DNA of 64,000 nucleotides from Fibrobacteria bacterium (GTDB lineage Bacteria; Fibrobacterota; Fibrobacteria; UBA11236): NCBI GenBank assembly GCA_025360005.1, contig JANYDA010000057.1, positions 15,065 to 79,064 of the forward strand, read 5' to 3'. Shown piece by piece: positions 58,225 to 64,000 of this stretch (position 1 is its first letter; each line of letters starts with the position of its first letter). The notes under the pieces were generated by a model. It saw only the letters and a program-made list of their open reading frames with translations, ran no database searches and was not told where the DNA came from. The position numbers and the translations under genes were made by a program.

Positions 58225-59738
58225 TTTACGCTCTCCTTCCAAATCCGCCAGATCACGCCGGTCATTCTCCTGGGTTCAGGTCCCTTGGCGGATACCCCCA
58301 TAACCCCGAAGTCGACCACATATAGCGATCGGCCGTCCGGAGAAAACCGGAGGGATACGGGCCTTTCCAGGCCCCCGCTATTGAGCTTGGAAGCCGGGCC
58401 GGGGCCTTTACGATTGACGGCAAAGTCCTCCACCACGCCCCGTCCCATGTCCACCCGCGCTATCTTGAAGCCCACCGGTTCCAGGACCTTGCCCGCCGAT
58501 GGCGCCATATCCCCGAACTCGGCCACGAAGGCGTTGTTCCGAAAACCGAATTCCGGCGACCGGGAAAAATCCAATCCATCTGCGGATGCGTGCACGGGAA
58601 GGTAGGCGAGGGGAGCGGGCGGCGGCGGGTCCGCGGGGTTTTGCAAAAGGCGCCGGGTGGTCCCGGAATGCGGCGGAGTGAATTCGGCCCTATCCAGACC
58701 CTTCGGCCCGGAATAGTCCGGCCAGCCGTACCAGGTTCCTTGGTGTATCTCCCACAACAATTCCCCCGCGCCCCAGATGGGCCGGGAACCCCGCTCATCA
58801 TAACCGTTATCCAGGGCGAAGAAACGGCCGTCCGGCGCAAAAGCCAGCGCGAAGGGGTTGCGGAAGCCCCATGCTACCAATTCGGGTTTCCCCCCTTCCG
58901 GTGAAATGCGCATGATGGCGCCGTTGCAGGGAACTTCGCCTTTCACCACTTGCCCCGGAACGGTAGGGGTGCCGAACGCGGAATAGGCCCCCGTTGCGAC
59001 GGCGTCCCGCTTCCCGCCCGGCGTGAAAGGATCTTCGCTGCGATAATTCATCCCTGCCAGCGTTATGTCCCGGCAGGGGGTATCATGGAAGTCACGGTGC
59101 CGCGCCAGCCAACCGAAGCGGGCGTTGTCCGGCCCCACCACTCCGGAATTGGTGGCCGTGCCCTGCCCGAAATAAAGCATGCCGTCCGGACCGGGTACGG
59201 GTCCGTTGGTATGATGATCCCCGTAGCTGGGCAGGTTTTCCGCCAACGCCTTGGTGCTGCCGTCCATGCCGATACGGAGGATGCGGCCGCCATGCAACTG
59301 GCCGCCTTCCGCCAGATAGAAGAACCCCCTGCCCGGGCCCCGCGCTTTGGAGGGTTGGTAGCTCACGCCCGTCCAAGGTCCGTTGCTGTCTCCCACCGCA
59401 ATCGGGAGAAAGACGTTGTTTTCCATCACCTTCACCAACCGCGGCTTGCCCCACTCCTCCCCATAGGCGTAGCCGCCTTCCACGGCGTATATCCCGCCCG
59501 CATCGTCGAAGGTAATGGCGGTGGGGAACGTCAGTCCGGAAGCGATGGCCTCGACGCGGTAGCCGGCAGGGAGGGCGATGTCCTCCGGATTCAGTTTGCG
59601 GTCTTGCCGGGTCCCGGGTTGGCCGCCGCCCTGGCCGGGCCGGATGACATAACACGAAAAGAGAAGCAGCGAAAGCGGAACCGGGACAAGGCCGGCAAGA
59701 AGAAATGCGCGACAGGAACGGCGCCGTAATCCGGGCAT
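58221..59738 (-). CDS. PQQ-dependent sugar (sorbosone/glucose) dehydrogenase family beta-propeller protein
   Basis: Start chosen at MPGLRRRS (signal peptide); LTFPTAITFDDAGGIYAVE and RNPFALAFAPDGRFFALDNG motifs of soluble quinoprotein dehydrogenases; co-transcribed with the cytochrome c. Confidence 0.7.
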   Translation of the reverse strand: MPGLRRRSCRAFLLAGLVPVPLSLLLFSCYVIRPGQGGGQPGTRQDRKLNPEDIALPAGYRVEAIASGLTFPTAITFDDAGGIYAVEGGYAYGEEWGKPRLVKVMENNVFLPIAVGDSNGPWTGVSYQPSKARGPGRGFFYLAEGGQLHGGRILRIGMDGSTKALAENLPSYGDHHTNGPVPGPDGMLYFGQGTATNSGVVGPDNARFGWLARHRDFHDTPCRDITLAGMNYRSEDPFTPGGKRDAVATGAYSAFGTPTVPGQVVKGEVPCNGAIMRISPEGGKPELVAWGFRNPFALAFAPDGRFFALDNGYDERGSRPIWGAGELLWEIHQGTWYGWPDYSGPKGLDRAEFTPPHSGTTRRLLQNPADPPPPAPLAYLPVHASADGLDFSRSPEFGFRNNAFVAEFGDMAPSAGKVLEPVGFKIARVDMGRGVVEDFAVNRKGPGPASKLNSGGLERPVSLRFSPDGRSLYVVDFGVMGVSAKGPEPRRMTGVIWRIWKESVK

Positions 59739-59828
59739 AAGTTTCCAAACCGAAACGCCGCAACCGAAGCCAACAGCGGGATCGGAAAGCGGGAATCCCT
59801 TTGAATGAATAATCACAGCGGGGCCAAG

Positions 59829-60674
59829 TCAAGCCTTTCTGCGCGAACCCGGGCTTTCCCGGGATTCCTTCCGGAACGCGCGCGGCCCCGTTTCCAGGTT
59901 TCGCCTGAACACCTTGGAAAAGTAAAGCGGGTCCTGGAAGCCCACCGTCTGGCTTATTTCCTTGATCGATTTGGACGTGCCGATCAGCATTTCCTGGGCT
60001 TTCCAGATGCGCAAGGACTCCAGGTAACGCAGCGGTGACGTACCGGTGGTTTCCCGGAACAGGTGCGCGAAGCGGGAGGTGGAAAGGTTGCATTCCCGGG
60101 CGATGGACCCGGCGTCCATGTCCCCGGCGAAATGCTCCATCATGTAGGCCACGGCATGGTTGATGCGATCGTCGCTGCCGGAGCCGCTGGAGAAAGGGTT
60201 CTGGGTATCGCACCAGAGAAGCGCTTCTTCCAGGGAGTTGCCGCAGAAAAGCAGCCGGTTTTGCAAAGGCGAACGGAACATCTCGATGCATTTTTCCATC
60301 GCCTGGCGCACCTTGGCGCGGGCGGATAAATCCGCCAGAGGGAAACCCAGCACGCCTTGGCCTTTCGCGGGCCAACGCAGGAGCTGCACCAGATGGCTGG
60401 GGGGATTGAAATAGATCCATAGATGGACCCATTGGCCGGATTTTTTTTCCTGGGAATAATCGTGGGCCACCCGCGGAGGAAACAGCAGAACATCGCCTTC
60501 TTCGGCCAGGAACTGCCGGGTGCCAGCTCCGATGCGCCCCCGCCCCTGAAGGGTGAAGTTGAGCACCCAACTATTCAGCCCGGATGGCCTTAGGGTTGCG
60601 CCATGGGCATCGGCCGCATAATGGCTGGTCCCTGCCACCAGGCTGGCGCCGAATTTGTTGCGATCGGTTTTCAT
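59829..60674 (-). CDS. AraC family transcriptional regulator (cupin sensor + HTH_AraC)
   Basis: N-terminal cupin (LLFPPRVAHDY), C-terminal AraC HTH (IARECNLSTSRFAHLFRETTGTSPLRYLESLRIWKAQEML). Confidence 0.9.
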   Translation of the reverse strand: MKTDRNKFGASLVAGTSHYAADAHGATLRPSGLNSWVLNFTLQGRGRIGAGTRQFLAEEGDVLLFPPRVAHDYSQEKKSGQWVHLWIYFNPPSHLVQLLRWPAKGQGVLGFPLADLSARAKVRQAMEKCIEMFRSPLQNRLLFCGNSLEEALLWCDTQNPFSSGSGSDDRINHAVAYMMEHFAGDMDAGSIARECNLSTSRFAHLFRETTGTSPLRYLESLRIWKAQEMLIGTSKSIKEISQTVGFQDPLYFSKVFRRNLETGPRAFRKESRESPGSRRKA

Positions 60675-60675
60675 C

Positions 60676-60704
60676 CAGCAGAATTATACATGTTTTCAGC
60701 AGAA
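60676..60704. promoter_or_regulatory. Candidate AraC operator: direct repeat CAGCAGAA-N13-CAGCAGAA (21-bp phasing) in the araC/aldolase divergent intergenic region
   Basis: tcCAGCAGAAttatacatgttttCAGCAGAAcaag; also TACATGT present twice (60686, ~60742). Confidence 0.3.
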
Positions 60705-60795
60705 CAAGCTGCTTTCCTTGCGGCCTTTCCGGGTACATTTGCTACATGTCCGGAAGTACCGCTCCGGTTTTTACGCCACTCGAAGGGATTGCCGA

Positions 60796-61539
60796 ATGAA
60801 CTACCTGGAAACCTATAAAGCCCAAGCTGAAACCTTCCTGAAAGTCTGCCATAAACTAAGCAAGCTCATGTACGTGACCGGACACGGCGGCAATGCCGCT
60901 TGGAAGCTGGGCCCCAACCTGATGATCATCACCCCCACCCAGATGAACAAGGGCGATATCAAGCTTGAGGATCTGGTGTTCCTGGATCTGGCCGGCAACA
61001 AGCTGGAAGGCAGCAAGCGCCCCACCGGCGAAACCCCCATGTACATCAATTTTTTCAAGAGCCGGCCTGACGTGCAGTCCGTGGTGCATTGCCATCCGCC
61101 TTACACCAACGCCTTCGCCATCACCAAGAACCGCAATCTGCTGATGCGCCCCGTGTTCCCGGAAACCACCACCGAGGTGGGCCCGGTTCCGGTGGTGCCT
61201 TACGGCGAACCCCTTACGCAGCGTCTGGCCGACAATTTCAATCCCTTCCTGCCCAAGTACAATGCCTTCCTCATGGAGAACCACGGCTTGGTGATCATGA
61301 GCCCTTGGGACATCGAATGGACCATGATGACGACGGAGCTGCTGGAGATGACCTCGGTGACGCTCACCGCATCCGCCCCGATGGGGGAGATCAAGGAGAT
61401 CTCGGTCCCCGATTTGCGCAACCTGGACAATATCATGAAGAAGCGCGGCCTGCCCATGTTCGGCGCGCCGGGCGTGAACGCCTCGCTGGTTGACCTCTAC
61501 CATCCGAACGGCGCGACGGAGGTGGGCGCGCGCGCATGA
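60796..61539 (+). CDS. Class II aldolase/adducin family protein (rhamnulose-/fuculose-1-phosphate aldolase-like)
   Basis: Start chosen at MNYLETY; MYVTGHGGNAAWKLGPNLMIITPT... HCHPPYTNAFA (metal-binding His) motifs. Confidence 0.8.
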   Translation: MNYLETYKAQAETFLKVCHKLSKLMYVTGHGGNAAWKLGPNLMIITPTQMNKGDIKLEDLVFLDLAGNKLEGSKRPTGETPMYINFFKSRPDVQSVVHCHPPYTNAFAITKNRNLLMRPVFPETTTEVGPVPVVPYGEPLTQRLADNFNPFLPKYNAFLMENHGLVIMSPWDIEWTMMTTELLEMTSVTLTASAPMGEIKEISVPDLRNLDNIMKKRGLPMFGAPGVNASLVDLYHPNGATEVGARA

Positions 61540-62354
61540 GCTGGCTGAACCTGGAAAACAAGGTGGTCATAGTTACGGGCGGCGCTTCCGGAATCGGCAA
61601 GGCCTGCTGCGAGAGCTTCGCCGCCAATGGCGCGCGCGTGGTTATCGCGGACGTCGACAAGGTCGCGGGCGAGGACACCGCCGCGCGCATGGGCAAGGCG
61701 TTCAATACCCAGGTCCATTTCCAGCCGGTGGACGTGACGAAGGCCGCCGATACGGCGCGCATGGTCAAGGATACGGTTGCCAAGTTGGGCCGGCTGGACA
61801 TATTGGTGAACAATGCCGGCATCAACATCCCGCGCCTGCTGGTCGATCCCAAAGGACAGCAGGAACTGGGCGAGGATGTGTGGGATAAGATGATGGCCAT
61901 CAACCTGAAGGGCGTCTACCAATGCGCCCAGCAGGCGGCAAAGGCCATGACGGAAGCCGGCGCCGGAGGCGTCATCATCAATATCACTTCGGAGTCCGGG
62001 TTGGAAGGTTCGGAAGGCCAGAGCGGATATTCGGCCACCAAGGCCGCCATGTACGGACTGACGCGTTCTTGGGCCAAGGAGCTGGGCAAACGCGGCGTGC
62101 GCGTGGCGGGGGTGGCCCCCGGCATCCTGGAAGCGACCGGGCTGCGCAGCGAAAGCTATGAGAACGCCCTGGCTTATTCGCGGAACATCACGGTGGCGGA
62201 TTTGCGGAAGGGCTATGTGGCCACCTCCATTCCACTGGGCCGGGCGGGCAAGCTGACGGAGGTCGCCGATCTGGTGACCTACCTGGCATCCGATCGCGCC
62301 AGTTACATCCATGGTACGGTGGTCAATATATCAGGAGGGAAATCACGTGAGTAA
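61536..62354 (+). CDS. SDR family oxidoreductase (RhaW / sorbitol-6-P dehydrogenase-like)
   Basis: TGGASGIGKA Rossmann, NNAG, catalytic S...YSATKAA; ATGA overlap with the aldolase, resembling a split bifunctional rhamnulose-1-phosphate aldolase/alcohol dehydrogenase (RhaEW). Confidence 0.85.
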   Translation: MSWLNLENKVVIVTGGASGIGKACCESFAANGARVVIADVDKVAGEDTAARMGKAFNTQVHFQPVDVTKAADTARMVKDTVAKLGRLDILVNNAGINIPRLLVDPKGQQELGEDVWDKMMAINLKGVYQCAQQAAKAMTEAGAGGVIINITSESGLEGSEGQSGYSATKAAMYGLTRSWAKELGKRGVRVAGVAPGILEATGLRSESYENALAYSRNITVADLRKGYVATSIPLGRAGKLTEVADLVTYLASDRASYIHGTVVNISGGKSRE

Positions 62355-63813
62355 TGTCAAGACGGAACCGTGGGAGTTCCACGAGAACGCAATCCCGCCC
62401 ATCAATCCGAAAACGGAAAGCCGCCTGGGCAAGGTGTTCCAGGGCCTGGTGAAGGAACTGGAAGTCGACCTGGGCGATTTCGATCCGGCCGTGCGCGGCC
62501 GCGCGCTGGAAAAGCTGGCCAGCCTGGAAGTCCCCGGCTCCGAGCAGCGCGACGATGTGAATCTGCATACGCATACCTTCTTCTCCTACCATGCCGCCGG
62601 TTGGTCGCCCAGCCGTTATGCCTGGGAGGCCCGCAAGGCAGGGCTCTACGCGGCCGGCATCATCGATTTCGACGGGCTGGACGGGGTAAGCGAGTTCCTG
62701 GCCGCTTCCGAGGCATTGGCCGTGCGCGCTACCGCGGGCATCGAAGTGCGCGCCTTCCTCAAGGAATTCGGCGACGTGGAAATCGATTCTCCGGGCGAGC
62801 CCGGCGTGCATTATATGGCCGGTTCCGGTTTCGTGAAGCGCCCCAAGGGCGGCTCGCGCGAAGACGATTACCTGTTGTCCTTGCAGCGTACTTCCGCCGC
62901 GCGTTCGCGCGAGTTGGTGGAACGCATCAATGCGGCGCTGCCGGACATCGCCATCGATTTCGATGCCGTCACCCGCGCCAAGACCCCGTCCGGGTACGCG
63001 ACCGAGCGCCATTTCGTTTCCGCATATGTGGAAAAAGCCGCCGAGGTTTTCCCGTCCCCCCTGCAACTGACCGGTTTCTGGTCGGAGGTGCTGGGCTTGC
63101 CCAAGACTTCCGTGACGGCCTTGTTGGCGACCGTGCCGGCCTTCGAGGAAAAGGTGCGCGGCAAGCTGATGAAGCGCGGCGGACTGGGTTATGTACAACC
63201 GGGTCCGTCCACCTTCCCACCAGTGGGCGAAGTGTACGCTTGGATCAAGGATTGCGGCGCCATCCCCATGGACTCCTGGCTGGATGGGACTTCCCCGGGC
63301 GAAGCCCGCGCCCGCGAATTGCTGGAGTGCAACCGCAGCCTGGGCGCGCGCGCGCTGAACCTGATCCCGGACCGTAATTGGAACATCAAGGATCCCGCTG
63401 ACAAGCAACGCAAGCTGGATAATCTGGCGAAGGTGATCGCGCTGGCCAACGAGTATCATATGCCTTTGCATATCGGTACCGAAGGCAACAAGGCCGGACT
63501 CCCCTTCGTCGACGATTTGAGCGGGCCGGAACTGGCGCCTTACAAGTCCCTGTTCCTCACGGGCACGCGCATCCTGGTGGGACATGCCGCCTTGTGCCGC
63601 TTCGCGGATCTGCCTTATGCCGGCGACGACGCGGAAGCGATGTTCTCCGGGGACGTGAAGGCCAAGAATGAATTTTTCGAAGCGGTGGGCGCGTTGCCTC
63701 CCGTGAACACCCAGCTCTCGCGCGAGTTGCGCGAGATGGGCCCGGCGAAAGCCCTTACCGTACTCAAGGATTCCGCCCGCCGCGCCAAATGGTCCGGCGT
63801 CCGTTATCCGTAA
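62347..63813 (+). CDS. PHP (polymerase/histidinol-phosphatase) domain protein, unknown function
   Basis: GTG start chosen 6 nt after a perfect AGGAGGGAAA RBS; NLHTHTFFSYH metal-binding motif of the PHP fold; ~488 aa. Confidence 0.5.
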   Translation: MSNVKTEPWEFHENAIPPINPKTESRLGKVFQGLVKELEVDLGDFDPAVRGRALEKLASLEVPGSEQRDDVNLHTHTFFSYHAAGWSPSRYAWEARKAGLYAAGIIDFDGLDGVSEFLAASEALAVRATAGIEVRAFLKEFGDVEIDSPGEPGVHYMAGSGFVKRPKGGSREDDYLLSLQRTSAARSRELVERINAALPDIAIDFDAVTRAKTPSGYATERHFVSAYVEKAAEVFPSPLQLTGFWSEVLGLPKTSVTALLATVPAFEEKVRGKLMKRGGLGYVQPGPSTFPPVGEVYAWIKDCGAIPMDSWLDGTSPGEARARELLECNRSLGARALNLIPDRNWNIKDPADKQRKLDNLAKVIALANEYHMPLHIGTEGNKAGLPFVDDLSGPELAPYKSLFLTGTRILVGHAALCRFADLPYAGDDAEAMFSGDVKAKNEFFEAVGALPPVNTQLSRELREMGPAKALTVLKDSARRAKWSGVRYP

Positions 63814-63839
63814 CAATCGAAATCATCCACAAGGAGTAT

Positions 63840-64000
63840 ATGCCGATGCTGGCTGCGATGTTGAAATCCCCCGGGAACCTGACGATGGAGAACGTGGAAG
63901 TCCCGCAACCGGGACCCGGAGAAGTGCTGTTGAAGGTGGACGCCTGCGCCCTGTGCGGTACCGACAAGCGGGTGCTGGCGGGTGAGAAGCCCGTGAGCGT
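63840..64000 (+). CDS. Zinc-dependent medium-chain alcohol/polyol dehydrogenase (partial, runs off window)
   Basis: RBS AAGGAG 7 nt upstream; MPMLAAMLKSPGNLTMENVEVPQPGPGEVLLKVDACALCGTDKRVLAGE is a typical MDR N-terminus with the catalytic-Zn Cys. Confidence 0.7.
   Translation, partial: MPMLAAMLKSPGNLTMENVEVPQPGPGEVLLKVDACALCGTDKRVLAGEKPVS

Noticed and set aside
62323-63816. 497-aa minus-strand ORF
   Set aside because: Antisense shadow of the PHP-domain gene.
1-64000. CRISPR arrays, transposases, integrases, rRNA
   Set aside because: None seen: no regularly spaced direct repeats, no transposase/integrase-like ORFs near tRNA-Pro, and no rRNA-like conserved segments.

Overview
This is a high-GC (~65%) bacterial chromosomal window. 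T9SS-type C-terminal sorting domains, TIGR02147-family HTH paralogs and many CAZymes suggest an FCB-superphylum (Fibrobacterota-like) organism; no similarity search was possible. I see no mobile elements, CRISPR arrays or rRNA, and one tRNA-Pro(TGG). Three functional blocks: (1) 1–23539, a large glycan / lipid-linked aminosugar modification locus with an embedded SxtJ–carbamoyltransferase–SxtK-like trio; (2) 23630–28169, a citramalate synthase preceded by an Ile-rich leader peptide plus intrinsic terminator, then a methyltransferase, hisD and a short CDF transporter; (3) 28265–64000, an accessory region with a desaturase, a plant-polysaccharide degradation island (38157–45526) bracketed by two translationally coupled TIGR02147-HTH/lipoprotein gene pairs next to tRNA-Pro, then chaperone, Hpt/pseudo-receiver, DsbD, CrcB, a cytochrome c/PQQ-dehydrogenase pair and an AraC-regulated aldolase/SDR/PHP/ADH operon. 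Start coordinates marked 'chosen' were adjusted from the ORF track by eye and are approximate.
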